Shown here one piece after another: positions 19,139 through 29,841 of a stretch of DNA of 64,000 nucleotides; positions within the stretch are counted from its first letter, which is position 1, and each line of letters begins with the position of its first letter. The stretch is from an uncultured Marinoscillum sp. (GTDB lineage Bacteria; Bacteroidota; Bacteroidia; Cytophagales; MED-G16). The DNA lies in the NCBI GenBank assembly GCA_902628365.1, contig CACOMW010000005.1, positions 3,592 to 67,591 on the forward strand, written 5' to 3'. The notes under the pieces are model-generated. The model ran no database searches and was not told the DNA's origin. It was given only the letters and a program-made list of their open reading frames with translations. A program made the translations under genes and the position numbers.

Positions 19139-20383
19139 ATGAGACATCTTTTTACATCAGAATCAGTTAGTGAGGGTCATCCCGATAAAATGGCTGATCA
19201 AATTAGCGATGCTTTACTAGATAATTATTTAGCATTTGACAAAAATTCTAAAGTTGCTTGTGAAACCCTTGTAACAACTGGACAGGTAGTAGTAGCAGGA
19301 GAAATTAAGACAAATTCCATTATAGATCATGATAAAATTATTAGATATGTTATTAATGATATTGGATATAATAAAAGTCAATACCAATTTGACGCACAAT
19401 CTTGTGGGATTTTTTCAGCTTTACACTCTCAATCATCAGATATAAATCAAGGTGTTGACAGGGAAGATGAAAAAATGCAAGGGGCGGGAGATCAGGGTAT
19501 GATGTTTGGGTATGCTTCCAATGAAACTAAAGATTTTATGCCTATATCTATTGATTTATCTCATAAGTTATTAATCGAACTTGCAGATGTAAGAAGAGAA
19601 AATGATGAAATTAAATATTTAAGACCCGATTCTAAATCTCAAGTTACAATAGAATATAAAGATGGAAAACCCTGTAGAATCGATAGTATTGTAATTTCTA
19701 CTCAGCATGATGAGTTTGATAATGATAATGAAATGCTTAAAAAAATTAAATCAGATATGATTGATTTTTTTATTCCTAGATTTTTAAATAACAATCCACA
19801 ATACAAAAATTTATTTAATGATAAAATAAATTACCATATTAATCCTACAGGGAAATTTGTAATTGGAGGTCCACATGGAGATACTGGATTAACTGGTAGA
19901 AAAATAATTGTTGATACGTATGGAGGCAAAGGAGCTCACGGAGGTGGAGCTTTTTCAGGCAAGGATCCAAGTAAAGTTGATAGAAGCGCAGCTTATGCAA
20001 CAAGACATATTGCTAAAAATATTTGTGCAGCTGGTATTTGTGATGAAATATTAGTTCAAGTAAGTTATGCTATTGGAGTAGCTAAACCAATGGGAATTTA
20101 TGTCAATACTTTTGGAACTTCAAAATGCAAAATGAATGATGTTGAAATTTCTAATGTTATTACTGAAAATATAGGAATGACCCCATACGACATTGAAAAT
20201 AGATTAAAATTAAGAAACCCTATATACTTAGATACTGCATCTTATGGACACATGGGTAGAAAACCTGAAAAGGTAAAAAAAGAATTTGTCTCTTTAGATG
20301 GAAAGAAAAAATCTTTCGATCTAGAAACTTTTACTTGGGAAAAGTTAGACATGGTCGACAGAGTCAAAGAAATAATTAAATAA
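19139..20383 (+). CDS. metK: S-adenosylmethionine synthetase
   Basis: 414 aa with SESVSEGHPDKMADQISDA, GAGDQGMMFGYA, GGGAFSGKDPSKVDRSAAY. Confidence 0.97.
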   Translation: MRHLFTSESVSEGHPDKMADQISDALLDNYLAFDKNSKVACETLVTTGQVVVAGEIKTNSIIDHDKIIRYVINDIGYNKSQYQFDAQSCGIFSALHSQSSDINQGVDREDEKMQGAGDQGMMFGYASNETKDFMPISIDLSHKLLIELADVRRENDEIKYLRPDSKSQVTIEYKDGKPCRIDSIVISTQHDEFDNDNEMLKKIKSDMIDFFIPRFLNNNPQYKNLFNDKINYHINPTGKFVIGGPHGDTGLTGRKIIVDTYGGKGAHGGGAFSGKDPSKVDRSAAYATRHIAKNICAAGICDEILVQVSYAIGVAKPMGIYVNTFGTSKCKMNDVEISNVITENIGMTPYDIENRLKLRNPIYLDTASYGHMGRKPEKVKKEFVSLDGKKKSFDLETFTWEKLDMVDRVKEIIK

Positions 20384-20389
20384 AAAAAT

Positions 20390-20800
20390 ATGAAAAAAAC
20401 ATATAAAGATGTAGATAAAAAGCTTTTAAAAGCTATTCCAAATCCAGATAAAAAAACATATGAAATAAAAATAAAACAACCTGAGTTAACTTTTTTAGGT
20501 GTTTACGAACAACCTGATTTTGCTTCGTTATATGTTTTATTTTATCCAGACAAAACTATAATTGAACTAAAATCATTAAAAATGTATCTGCAACAGTATA
20601 GAGATTTAATAATTTCTTACGAAAGATTAATTAATGTTCTTTATGATGATTTAATAAAAGTTTACAAACCTAAGAGACTAAGAATAGTATTGGATTGTAA
20701 TCCAAGAGGAGGTATTTCTTCAAGACTTACACAAGATTCTGACTGGAAGTCTTTAGGTGGTAAAGAGGAATATAAAAATTACAACGAAGACGTTTGGTGA
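20390..20800 (+). CDS. queF: NADPH-dependent 7-cyano-7-deazaguanine (preQ0) reductase
   Basis: 136 aa, the size of the unimodular QueF type. QueF motif ELKSLKMYLQQYRD. Starts 6 nt after metK. Confidence 0.8.
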   Translation: MKKTYKDVDKKLLKAIPNPDKKTYEIKIKQPELTFLGVYEQPDFASLYVLFYPDKTIIELKSLKMYLQQYRDLIISYERLINVLYDDLIKVYKPKRLRIVLDCNPRGGISSRLTQDSDWKSLGGKEEYKNYNEDVW

Positions 20801-20803
20801 AAA

Positions 20804-21364
20804 ATGATAAATAGTAAAAATAATTTTTATTTTATTTTAGGATTGATTTTGATAGCCGCCTTCTCTAGGCTAGTTCCTCACTATCCTAATTTTACACCTC
20901 TATGTTCCATAGCTTTATTTGGTGCAAAATACTTCAATAATAAATATTTAGCATTTTTAGTCCCTATTGCAGCACTATGGTTTAGTGACTTAATTATAAA
21001 TAATTTTGTTTTAAATGAGTACTTTAATGGATTTACTTTGTTTTATTCTGGATTTTACTGGCAGTACGGTAGTTTTCTTCTAATTAGTTTACTTGGAAGA
21101 AAAACACTAAAAAATCTATCTTTGCTTAAACTTATTGGAATTAGCATTTCTTCTTCCTTAGTTTTTTTCATAATATCAAACTTTGGAGTGTGGGTATCTA
21201 GTTCATTTTACACTAAAGATATTTTTGGATTAATTGCTTGTTATGTTGCTGCCCTTCCATTCTATTTTGGTACTTTGTCTGGATCTATTTTTTATTCCAT
21301 ATTTTTATTTGGATCATACGAATTACTTTCTAAAAATTTATCAAAGGTTTACTATAAGAAATGA
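20804..21364 (+). CDS. small polytopic membrane protein (about 5-6 TM), possibly the DUF6580-type putative transporter family
   Basis: 186 aa, almost entirely hydrophobic segments. The N-terminal SRLVPHYPNFTPLCSIALFGAKYF resembles what I recall of the DUF6580 family. Its stop overlaps the ATG of the metH N-terminal gene (ATGA at 21361-64). Confidence 0.45.
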   Translation: MINSKNNFYFILGLILIAAFSRLVPHYPNFTPLCSIALFGAKYFNNKYLAFLVPIAALWFSDLIINNFVLNEYFNGFTLFYSGFYWQYGSFLLISLLGRKTLKNLSLLKLIGISISSSLVFFIISNFGVWVSSSFYTKDIFGLIACYVAALPFYFGTLSGSIFYSIFLFGSYELLSKNLSKVYYKK

Positions 21365-22350
21365 GCTCTATAGTTAATGAATTAAAGTCTAGAATTTTGG
21401 TTTTAGATGGCGCAATGGGAACCATTATTCAAACTTATAATCTTAAAGAAGAAGATTTTAGAGGAGAAAAATTTAAAGACCACAATTCACCTCTTAAAGG
21501 GAATAATGATCTTCTATCAATTACTCAACCAGAAATTATAAAAGAAATTCACAGAGGCTATCTTAAAGCAGGTGCAGACATAATAGAAACAAATACATTC
21601 TCATCAACTTCCATTGCTATGGAAGATTATGGATTACAAGATCATGTATATGATCTAAATTATGAGTCTGCTAAAATCGCCAAAGAAGTAGCTTTGGAAT
21701 TTAAAAAGAAAAAATATGTTGCTGGATCAATCGGACCTACAAATAAAACTGCTTCTATGTCTCCTGATGTTAATGACCCTGGTTTTAGAGCAATACATTT
21801 TGATGAGCTGGTAAAATCATATAAAGAACAGATAAAAGGTCTTCATGAAGGAGGTTCCGACATTCTTTTTATTGAAACTGTATTTGATACTTTAAATGCT
21901 AAAGCTGCTTTGATGGCTGTTGATAATTATTTTGAGGAAAATAAAGTTTCAATTCCGGTTATGTTAAGTGGGACAATTACCGATAAAAGTGGAAGAACAT
22001 TATCGGGCCAAACTGTAAATGCATTTTTAATTTCTATTTCACATTTTCCATTACTTAGCGTTGGATTTAATTGTGCCTTAGGAACTAAAGATCTTAAACC
22101 ATATATGAAGAGATTAAGTGAAAGTACAAATTTTTTTACTTCATCTCATCCTAATGCTGGTCTTCCAAATGCTTTTGGAGAATATGATCAAACTCCAGAA
22201 AATATGCTAGATCAAATCAGAGAATATCTTGATGAAAGTTTAGTTAATATTATTGGTGGATGTTGTGGAACAACTTATGAGCATGTAAAGTTTATTGCTG
22301 AAGAAGCAAAAAAATATAAACCTAGAGTTTTAAAAAATGGATCAGGATAA
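21361..22350 (+). CDS. homocysteine S-methyltransferase domain protein (stand-alone N-terminal module of methionine synthase)
   Basis: 329 aa with [32 protein letters not shown] (Zn/Hcy-binding Cys motifs). Overlaps the next gene by 14 nt. Confidence 0.88.
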   Translation: MSSIVNELKSRILVLDGAMGTIIQTYNLKEEDFRGEKFKDHNSPLKGNNDLLSITQPEIIKEIHRGYLKAGADIIETNTFSSTSIAMEDYGLQDHVYDLNYESAKIAKEVALEFKKKKYVAGSIGPTNKTASMSPDVNDPGFRAIHFDELVKSYKEQIKGLHEGGSDILFIETVFDTLNAKAALMAVDNYFEENKVSIPVMLSGTITDKSGRTLSGQTVNAFLISISHFPLLSVGFNCALGTKDLKPYMKRLSESTNFFTSSHPNAGLPNAFGEYDQTPENMLDQIREYLDESLVNIIGGCCGTTYEHVKFIAEEAKKYKPRVLKNGSG

Positions 22351-25012
22351 AAATCTTACTCTTTCTGGATTAGAGCCTTTTGAATTAAAGTCAAATATCA
22401 ACTTTGTCAATGTTGGTGAGAGAACTAATGTCACTGGTTCAAGAAAATTTTTAAGATTAATTAAGGAGGAAAATTATACTGAAGCAGTAGAAATCGCTAG
22501 AGAACAAGTTGAAGGTGGGGCACAAATTATTGATGTTAATATGGATGAGGGTATGCTTGAAGGAAAAGAAGCAATGGTAAAATTTTTAAATTTAATTCAA
22601 GCTGAACCTGATATTGCAAAGCTTCCAATCATGATCGATAGTTCTAAATGGGAAATTATACTTGCAGGCTTAAAAACAGTTCAAGGAAAGTGTGTAGTAA
22701 ACTCAATTAGCTTAAAAGAGGGAGAGGATATATTTGTTGAGCAAGCTAGAACTATTAAAAAATTTGGTGCTGCTACAATAGTTATGGCATTTGATGAAAA
22801 AGGGCAGGCAGATACTTATAAGAGAAGAATAAATATTTGTAAAAGATCTTACGATATTTTGGTAAATAAAGTAAAGTTTAACCCACAAGATATAATATTT
22901 GATCCAAATATATTTCCAGTTGCAACTGGAATTGAAGAACACAAAACATACGCGATTGATTTTTTTAAGGCTACAGAATGGATAACAAAAAATTTACCAT
23001 ATGTAAATGTAAGTGGAGGAGTAAGCAATGTTTCATTTTCATTTAGAGGAAATAATACAGTTAGAGAAGCCATGCATTCTGTTTTCCTATATCATGCTAT
23101 CAAAAATGGAATGCGAATGGGTATAGTAAACCCTACCCTTTTAGAAATATATGATAACATACCAAAAGAACTATTAGAATACGTTGAAGATGTTATTTTA
23201 AATAGAAAAGATGATGCCACAGAAAGGCTTTTAGATTATGCTGAAAAAGTTTCTAATTCTTCAATTAAAGAAGAAAAAAAAGAAGTATGGAGAGATTTAG
23301 ATCTTCAATCAAGGTTAACTCACTCCTTAGTTAAAGGAATAGATAAATTCATAATTAATGATGTTGAAGAAGCCAGAAAATCATCAGATAAAGCAATAGA
23401 GGTAATTGAAATTTATCTAATGAATGGTATGAACGTAGTTGGTGATTTATTTGGAGAAGGAAAAATGTTTTTACCTCAGGTTGTCAAATCAGCAAGAGTT
23501 ATGAAGAAAGCTGTTGCACATCTAGTCCCTTTCATTGAAAAAGAAAAAGTAGAAGGTAAAAAATCGAATGGTAAAATATTGATGGCAACAGTTAAGGGAG
23601 ATGTTCATGATATTGGGAAAAATATTGTTGGTGTGGTATTAGCATGTAATAATTTTGAGATAATAGATTTAGGCGTTATGGTACCCCCAGAAAAAATTAT
23701 AGAAACTGCTGTCAACGAAAACGTAGATATAATTGGACTTAGTGGGTTAATCACACCCTCACTCGATGAAATGGTTTATTTAGCAAAGGAACTAGAAAAA
23801 TTGAATCTAAAAATTCCAGTTCTAATAGGTGGAGCAACTACATCAAAAACACATACCGCTGTAAAAATTTCCCCTGCATATTCTGGACCAGTTATTCATG
23901 TAAATGATGCATCTAAAGCCGTGCCCGTATCAACAAGTTTACTTTCCAGAAATAGAAAAATCTTTACGAATCAAATTAGTGATGAATATGATAGTGTAAG
24001 AAAAACTTTTGAAAATAGAAAAGTCACTAAAAACTTTATTTCTATTACTGAAGCTAGAAAAAATAGATTAAAATTAGATTGGGATAATTATAATATACCA
24101 AAACCAAATTTTATTGGTGTTAAAGAAATTAAAATTAAAGAATTATCAGTATTAAGGAAGTATTTTGATTGGACTCAGTTTTTTAGATCATGGAATCTAC
24201 ATGGAATCTATCCTGATATATTTAAAAACGAAGTAAATGGAAAAGAATCAAAAAAATTGTTTGATGATGCTAATGAATTACTTGATAAAATTATTCGTGA
24301 AAACCTCTTGATTGCAAAAGGAATTTTTGGAATTTTTCCTGCAAGTTCAATAAACGATGATATTTTAGTTTATAATAATGAAAATACAAATGAAGTTCTT
24401 GATAAATTTTTAACATTACGACAACAAAGCAAAAAGGCTGATGGAATTCCAAATATCGCATTGTCTGATTTCATTATCCCATCATCTAAAAATATTAAAG
24501 ATTATATCGGTTGCTTTTGTGTAACTGCAGGATTTGGGTCTGATGAACTTTGTCAAAGTTTTGAGAAAGAAAATGATGACTATTCAAGTATAATGGTTAA
24601 AGCACTAGCTGATAGATTTGCTGAGGCATTTGCTGAATATCTTCACAAAGAAGTTAGAATTAAACATTGGGGATATTCATCAAATGAAAATTTTTCTAAC
24701 GATGATCTAATAAAAGAAAAATATGTTGGAATTAGACCCGCTCCTGGATATCCTGCATGTCCAGATCATTTAGAAAAAAACACTATCTGGAAACTACTAA
24801 AAGTAGAAGAAAAAATAGGAGTAAAGCTTACAGAGAATTTAGCAATGTGGCCTGCTGCATCTGTTAGTGGATATTATTTTGCTAACCCCAACTCAAAATA
24901 TTTTGGTTTAGGAAAAATTGATAAAGATCAGGTAAAAGATTATTCTAAAAGAAGGAAAATTGGATTTAAAGAAGTATCCAAATGGTTAAATCCAAATATT
25001 AATGATATTTAG
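22337..25012 (+). CDS. metH: cobalamin-dependent methionine synthase (pterin-binding, B12-binding and AdoMet-activation modules)
   Basis: 891 aa with [14 protein letters not shown] and the B12-binding motif [27 protein letters not shown] ... SGLITPS. C-terminal activation domain [13 protein letters not shown]. Confidence 0.92.
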   Translation: MDQDKNLTLSGLEPFELKSNINFVNVGERTNVTGSRKFLRLIKEENYTEAVEIAREQVEGGAQIIDVNMDEGMLEGKEAMVKFLNLIQAEPDIAKLPIMIDSSKWEIILAGLKTVQGKCVVNSISLKEGEDIFVEQARTIKKFGAATIVMAFDEKGQADTYKRRINICKRSYDILVNKVKFNPQDIIFDPNIFPVATGIEEHKTYAIDFFKATEWITKNLPYVNVSGGVSNVSFSFRGNNTVREAMHSVFLYHAIKNGMRMGIVNPTLLEIYDNIPKELLEYVEDVILNRKDDATERLLDYAEKVSNSSIKEEKKEVWRDLDLQSRLTHSLVKGIDKFIINDVEEARKSSDKAIEVIEIYLMNGMNVVGDLFGEGKMFLPQVVKSARVMKKAVAHLVPFIEKEKVEGKKSNGKILMATVKGDVHDIGKNIVGVVLACNNFEIIDLGVMVPPEKIIETAVNENVDIIGLSGLITPSLDEMVYLAKELEKLNLKIPVLIGGATTSKTHTAVKISPAYSGPVIHVNDASKAVPVSTSLLSRNRKIFTNQISDEYDSVRKTFENRKVTKNFISITEARKNRLKLDWDNYNIPKPNFIGVKEIKIKELSVLRKYFDWTQFFRSWNLHGIYPDIFKNEVNGKESKKLFDDANELLDKIIRENLLIAKGIFGIFPASSINDDILVYNNENTNEVLDKFLTLRQQSKKADGIPNIALSDFIIPSSKNIKDYIGCFCVTAGFGSDELCQSFEKENDDYSSIMVKALADRFAEAFAEYLHKEVRIKHWGYSSNENFSNDDLIKEKYVGIRPAPGYPACPDHLEKNTIWKLLKVEEKIGVKLTENLAMWPAASVSGYYFANPNSKYFGLGKIDKDQVKDYSKRRKIGFKEVSKWLNPNINDI

Positions 25013-25058
25013 TTATAATTGCATAAAAATTAAGCTCAATTTGTAATCTTATCAAATT

Positions 25059-26903
25059 ATGTGTGGAATTATAGCATACGTAGGTAATAAATCTAATGCA
25101 GGTAAAATTCTATTTGAAGGGCTTCATACTTTAGAGTATCGAGGGTATGATAGTTCTGGAATAGCATTGATAAATGAAAAAAATAATATTAAGATTTATA
25201 AAAAAAAAGGAATAGTCAAACTAGCAAAAAAAAAATTTTTAAAAGAAAAGATAAGTTCAAAAATTGGAATTGGACATACAAGATGGGCTACACATGGAGA
25301 GCCTAATAATAAAAATTCGCATCCTATACTATCATATTCAAAAAATTTTGCAATTGTTCATAATGGTATAATTGAAAATTATTCAATTTTAAAAAAAATT
25401 CTTGAAGAAAAAGGATATAAATTTAGAACTGATACAGATACTGAAGTCTTAATTAATTTTATTGAAGAAATAAATAAAAAAAGTAAATTTGATTTTGAAA
25501 ACTCATTAAATACTGCACTCAGACAAATAAGAGGTGCGTTTGCAATAGCAATTATTAATAAGAAAATACCAAACTATCTTTATGGAGCAAGAAGAGGAAG
25601 CCCTTTAGTAGTAGGAATTTCAGAAAATAATTTTTTTTTAGCTTCAGATGCTTCACCAATTGTTAAACATACAAATGATGTAATTTATCTTAAGGATAAT
25701 GAAATTGTGAAAATTTCTTCTGAAAATCTTAAAATTACCAATTTAAAAAAAGAAAAAATTAATCCAGAAGTAAAAAAAATTGAATTAAAAATCGAAGAGA
25801 TTGAAAAAGGAGGTTATGATTCTTTTATGCTAAAAGAAATTATGGAACAGCCAAAATCTATAAAGAGATCAATGCTTGGGAGGATAAATGTTAACAAAAA
25901 AAATTTATTTATAAATGGCATTAATGATTATGTAAAAAAGTTATTAAATGCTAAAAGAATAATTATTGTTGGATGCGGCACCTCTTGGCATGCTGGATTA
26001 GTGGCTGAGTATTTTTTTGAAAAATATACAAGAATTCCAGTAGAAGTTGAGTATGGATCTGAATTTAGATATAGAAATCCAATATTAAATTCAGATGATG
26101 TTGTGTTTTTCATATCTCAATCCGGAGAAACGGCTGATACTTTAGAATCGGTTAAAATTACAAAAAAGAAAGGAGCAACAGCATTAGGAATTGTAAATAA
26201 CGTTGGATCTTCTATAGCAAGAATAACAGATGAAGGATGTTACCTTCATGCAGGTCCAGAAATAGGTGTAGCTAGTACTAAGGCATTTACTTCACAATTG
26301 ATAATATTGTTCATGATAGGAGTAAGATTGTCAAATAGATTAAATATAATAAAACAAAAGAAATATGTTGAAATGATTTATCAACTTAACAATATTCCTA
26401 AACTTGTTGAAGAAATACTTGAACAAAGAAATAAAATAAAAAATATTGCAAAAATTATTTACAAAAAAAACAGCTGTCTTTTCATGGGTCGAGGAACAAA
26501 TTTTCCCGTTGGATTAGAAGGAGCATTAAAATTAAAGGAAATATCATACATACATGCTGAAGGATATCCTGCTGCAGAATTAAAACATGGTCCAATAGCA
26601 CTATTAGAAAAAGGAACACCTGTTATTGTAATATGTACTAGAAGTGATGAATATGAAAAAACAATTGCCAACATTGAAGAAGTAAAGGCGAGAAAGGCTA
26701 TGGTTATAGCAATTTTAGACTCAAAAAATAAACACGTTAGTGAAATGGTGGATTATTCAATTGTAGTTCCCCAAATCAAAAATGATTTTTCTCCTATCTT
26801 AAATATAATACCTCTTCAGTTATTAGCATATTATGTGGCTAAATATAAGGGTCTAGATGTAGATAAACCAAGAAATTTAGCTAAATCAGTTACTGTAGAA
26901 TAA
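25059..26903 (+). CDS. glmS: glutamine--fructose-6-phosphate aminotransferase
   Basis: 614 aa. N-terminal MCGIIAYVG (Ntn Cys), two SIS domains and C-terminal ...DKPRNLAKSVTVE. Confidence 0.97.
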   Translation: MCGIIAYVGNKSNAGKILFEGLHTLEYRGYDSSGIALINEKNNIKIYKKKGIVKLAKKKFLKEKISSKIGIGHTRWATHGEPNNKNSHPILSYSKNFAIVHNGIIENYSILKKILEEKGYKFRTDTDTEVLINFIEEINKKSKFDFENSLNTALRQIRGAFAIAIINKKIPNYLYGARRGSPLVVGISENNFFLASDASPIVKHTNDVIYLKDNEIVKISSENLKITNLKKEKINPEVKKIELKIEEIEKGGYDSFMLKEIMEQPKSIKRSMLGRINVNKKNLFINGINDYVKKLLNAKRIIIVGCGTSWHAGLVAEYFFEKYTRIPVEVEYGSEFRYRNPILNSDDVVFFISQSGETADTLESVKITKKKGATALGIVNNVGSSIARITDEGCYLHAGPEIGVASTKAFTSQLIILFMIGVRLSNRLNIIKQKKYVEMIYQLNNIPKLVEEILEQRNKIKNIAKIIYKKNSCLFMGRGTNFPVGLEGALKLKEISYIHAEGYPAAELKHGPIALLEKGTPVIVICTRSDEYEKTIANIEEVKARKAMVIAILDSKNKHVSEMVDYSIVVPQIKNDFSPILNIIPLQLLAYYVAKYKGLDVDKPRNLAKSVTVE

Positions 26904-26907
26904 TAAA

Positions 26908-27231
26908 ATGAAAGCATATATTTATTTGTTCTTAGCCATAATTTTTGAAGTTTTGGGTACACTTTTAATTCCTGCTTCCAAGAATTTTACCAAGATTTTA
27001 CCAACAGCAATTTTATCTCTTAGTTACTTCACGTCTTTTTACTTTCTTTCATTTGCAGTTAATAAATTACCTATAACTGTTGTTTATGCTTCATGGTCTG
27101 GTTTAGGTATATTTACAATTGCATTACTTAGTTATGTATTTTATAAGCAAACATTAGCTTGGCAAGGTATCTTAGGTTTGTTTTTTATCGTGATTGGAGT
27201 AACACTAGTAAACATATATAAACCTCAATAG
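26908..27231 (+). CDS. SMR-family small multidrug/quaternary-cation efflux protein
   Basis: 107 aa with 4 TM segments and a conserved membrane Glu in TM1 (AIIFEVLGT). The WSGLG motif is typical of EmrE/SugE-type proteins. Confidence 0.8.
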   Translation: MKAYIYLFLAIIFEVLGTLLIPASKNFTKILPTAILSLSYFTSFYFLSFAVNKLPITVVYASWSGLGIFTIALLSYVFYKQTLAWQGILGLFFIVIGVTLVNIYKPQ

Positions 27232-27236
27232 AAAAA

Positions 27237-27659
27237 CTAAAGATATTTTTTCATATTAATTGAATCTTTCTTAAATCCTTGTCTTGAATAAAAATTTTTA
27301 AGATGCTCTTTGCAAAATAAAGTTATTCTATAGCAATTGTATTTTTCCCCAATATTTATAAGCTCTTTAATTAAATTATCACCAATAAATCTTCCTCTAT
27401 AATTTTTATCTACAACTATATCTTCTATATGTCCAGCAACTTCGCCTCTAATCTTATTTTCGATAATAATTGAACCATAAGAAACTATTTTTTTATCTAA
27501 AATCCCAACTATTGATTTTGTACTTTTATTTTCATTGAAACTTTTCCATGCTAATTGCTTATTGATTGATTTAATATTTATTTTTTTTAATTGATTAAGA
27601 ATATTAAATATTGAATCCAAATCATCTTTGGTAACTTCTCTAAAAATTACTTTACTCAT
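27237..27659 (-). CDS. GNAT acetyltransferase resembling eukaryote-type glucosamine-6-phosphate N-acetyltransferase (GNA1)
   Basis: 140 aa. GSIIIENKIRGEVAGHIEDIVVDKNYRGRFIGDNLIKELINIGEKYNCYRITLFCKEHLKNFYSRQGF is close, from memory, to yeast GNA1 (...IIIERKIIHELGLCGHIEDIAV...GCYKIILDC...FYEKCGF) and to human GNPNAT1 (NCYKITLEC...FYKKFG). Overlaps the upstream porin gene by 8 nt. Confidence 0.6.
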   Translation of the reverse strand: MSKVIFREVTKDDLDSIFNILNQLKKINIKSINKQLAWKSFNENKSTKSIVGILDKKIVSYGSIIIENKIRGEVAGHIEDIVVDKNYRGRFIGDNLIKELINIGEKYNCYRITLFCKEHLKNFYSRQGFKKDSINMKKYL

Positions 27660-28278
27660 TAGTCTTATTTTTTTTTGAATTTTTATCTTGTAATCTTACT
27701 AAAACATATCCAAATGAAAATTGAAAAGTTGTATTTTTTGTATCGTTAGCAAAAGGGTCATCATCAGAAATATTTTTTAACCCTTTCACATATCTTCCTG
27801 AAAAAATAAATCTATCAATAGGTTCAACCGATAGTCCTAAAACTAAACTAAAATCTCTTTTTAATAATTTATCTTTAATATCTGTTGGGATACCACTAAT
27901 TTCATTAATGGCTCCAGTTAACATTCCAAATTGAGGTCCAAAGTGGATATTTATTGGTCCAAATGAACTTCTAACAAGAATTGGAATATTTAAATAATCA
28001 ATGCTACGAATTGTTGAGGAATTTATTTTTGTACCCTGCATTGAATATTGAAGTTCTGGCTGTATTCCAAAAACTAAAGGTAGTTTTATGTATGTAAAAA
28101 CTCCAAGATGTAAACCGGTAATGGATTTTGTTCCTGAAATTGACTTTATATTTTGAGTAGCAAAATTAGATCCTGACTTTATTCCTAAATCAAATTTTTG
28201 AGAAAAAGAGATCTGATTTATTGAAAGAAAAAAAAAGAGGGTTAAAATTTTTGATTTCATTTTTAGATTTAAATTCAT
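27652..28278 (-). CDS. small outer-membrane beta-barrel (porin-family/OmpW-like) protein
   Basis: 208 aa with signal peptide. Alternating beta-strand pattern with aromatic-ending strands (FQFSFGYVL near the C-terminus). Confidence 0.6.
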   Translation of the reverse strand: MNLNLKMKSKILTLFFFLSINQISFSQKFDLGIKSGSNFATQNIKSISGTKSITGLHLGVFTYIKLPLVFGIQPELQYSMQGTKINSSTIRSIDYLNIPILVRSSFGPINIHFGPQFGMLTGAINEISGIPTDIKDKLLKRDFSLVLGLSVEPIDRFIFSGRYVKGLKNISDDDPFANDTKNTTFQFSFGYVLVRLQDKNSKKNKTNE

Positions 28279-28308
28279 AAATTAAGATTTATTATAAATA
28301 TAAAAATA

Positions 28309-28908
28309 ATGAAAACACCGCTAGTAAATCCAAAAACTTCTGAAAACATTAAATTAAAAAAGTTAATTGACTTTTATAATGAAACTTTAGGTTTTTGCCC
28401 AAATAGTATAAAAACTATGTACTTAAGACCTGAAATTGCATATTCTTTTATAGAGTTAAATAAAGCTGTTATGAAAAATAAAGGGAATGTGACTTCAGAA
28501 TTGAAAAGAATGATTGGCTTCATTAGCAGTAATGTATCAGGATGTAACTATTGTAAGGCACACACTATTCGAGCCGCAGAAAGATATGGAGCAAGTAAGA
28601 AAAAAATAGAAAATATTTGGAACTTCAAAACTTCAAAACTATTTACAAAAAAAGAAAAAATCGCATTAGAATTTGCGCATAAAAGTTCAATAATTCCAAA
28701 TGCTGTGGATGATAAAATAGCTAATAAATTAAGAAAATACTGGAAAGATGGTGAAATAGTTGAGATTCTAGGAGTTATTTCTTTATTTGGATTTTTAAAT
28801 AGATGGAATGACTCAATGGGAACGGAAATTGAAAAACCTGCATATAAATCTGGTAAAAATCTAATACCAAAAAAAAAATGGAACCCTATTAAACATATAT
28901 ATAAATAA
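28309..28908 (+). CDS. carboxymuconolactone decarboxylase / AhpD-like family protein
   Basis: 199 aa with a CxxC-His motif (GCNYCKAH), characteristic of the AhpD/CMD fold. Confidence 0.6.
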   Translation: MKTPLVNPKTSENIKLKKLIDFYNETLGFCPNSIKTMYLRPEIAYSFIELNKAVMKNKGNVTSELKRMIGFISSNVSGCNYCKAHTIRAAERYGASKKKIENIWNFKTSKLFTKKEKIALEFAHKSSIIPNAVDDKIANKLRKYWKDGEIVEILGVISLFGFLNRWNDSMGTEIEKPAYKSGKNLIPKKKWNPIKHIYK

Positions 28909-29829
28909 ATGAATTTAAATTATATAAATCTAATTTTTATTTGTCAAGTTTTAATTTCTTGTAATATTAATCAAAATACAAATAATTATTATTTACCCTC
29001 TCAAACTACTGAAACAATAACATTATTGGGAGATACACTCATTAGCCCTAAATTAAAAGAAGGAAAAAAATTAAATCAATATAAATCAGCTCAAAAATCT
29101 TATTTTAAAAATTTCAATGATCCTGAATCATTAATTTGGTATGGTAGAAGAACAGCTTATTTAGGTTATTATCAAGAGGCAATTAATTTATATACTAAAG
29201 GAATTGAAAAATATCCATACGATCCACGATTTTATCGTCATAGAGGCCATAGATATATTTCCACTCGTCAATATGAAAAAGCAATCCAAGATTTTAAAAA
29301 AGCAATAGAGCTAATTGATGGGAAAGTTGATAAAGTAGAACCAGACGGATTACCAAATAAAAAAAATATTCCATTGACTACACTTCATGGTAATATTTGG
29401 TATCATCTTGGTCTTGTATATTATCTTAAAAATGATATGAAAAATGCACTAAATGCATATAGTAAAAGAAGTGTAAGTCATAAATATGATGATAATATTG
29501 TTTCAAGTATACATTGGTTATATATGATTAATAGAAGGCTTGGAAATATAAAAAAAGCTGATTCATTAATTAATAAGATTAATAACGAAATGGATATTAT
29601 TGAAAATATGAGCTATTATCAATCATGCTTATTTTATAAGGGAGAAATTAAAGAATCAGATATGGTTGTTGATGATGTTGCATTGTACTCATTAGCAAAT
29701 TGGTATATGTATGAAAAAAATGATTCATCAAATGCAAAAAAATATTATAAAAAATTACTTGATAAAGGAAACGCGTACTCATTTGCTTTTATAGCGGGTG
29801 AATCTGACTGGATTAGATTTATTGAATAA
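28909..29829 (+). CDS. TPR-repeat lipoprotein
   Basis: 306 aa with lipobox LISC and TPR-like repeats (YYQEAINLYTKGIEKYPYDPRFYRHRGHRYISTRQYEKAIQDFKKAIEL). The ATG directly abuts the upstream TAA. Confidence 0.65.
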   Translation: MNLNYINLIFICQVLISCNINQNTNNYYLPSQTTETITLLGDTLISPKLKEGKKLNQYKSAQKSYFKNFNDPESLIWYGRRTAYLGYYQEAINLYTKGIEKYPYDPRFYRHRGHRYISTRQYEKAIQDFKKAIELIDGKVDKVEPDGLPNKKNIPLTTLHGNIWYHLGLVYYLKNDMKNALNAYSKRSVSHKYDDNIVSSIHWLYMINRRLGNIKKADSLINKINNEMDIIENMSYYQSCLFYKGEIKESDMVVDDVALYSLANWYMYEKNDSSNAKKYYKKLLDKGNAYSFAFIAGESDWIRFIE

Positions 29830-29841
29830 AATAGTTCAAAA

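Noticed and set aside
21361-25012. metH split into a 329-aa Hcy-methyltransferase gene and an 891-aa gene overlapping by 14 nt. Could this be a frameshifted pseudogene?
   Set aside because: Both parts are intact, with all expected motifs and a proper ATG for the second part. From memory, a stand-alone N-terminal module followed by the remainder is a common arrangement in Flavobacteriia. I treat them as two functional genes.
25013-25058. Possible glmS ribozyme or regulatory RNA upstream of glmS.
   Set aside because: The leader is only 46 nt with no evident structure. The glmS ribozyme is a feature of Gram-positive lineages and needs about 150 nt or more.
22712-26674. Minus-strand ORFs inside metH and glmS (22712-22942, 22849-23073, 25928-26113, 26459-26674).
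   Set aside because: They are shadow ORFs within highly conserved housekeeping genes.
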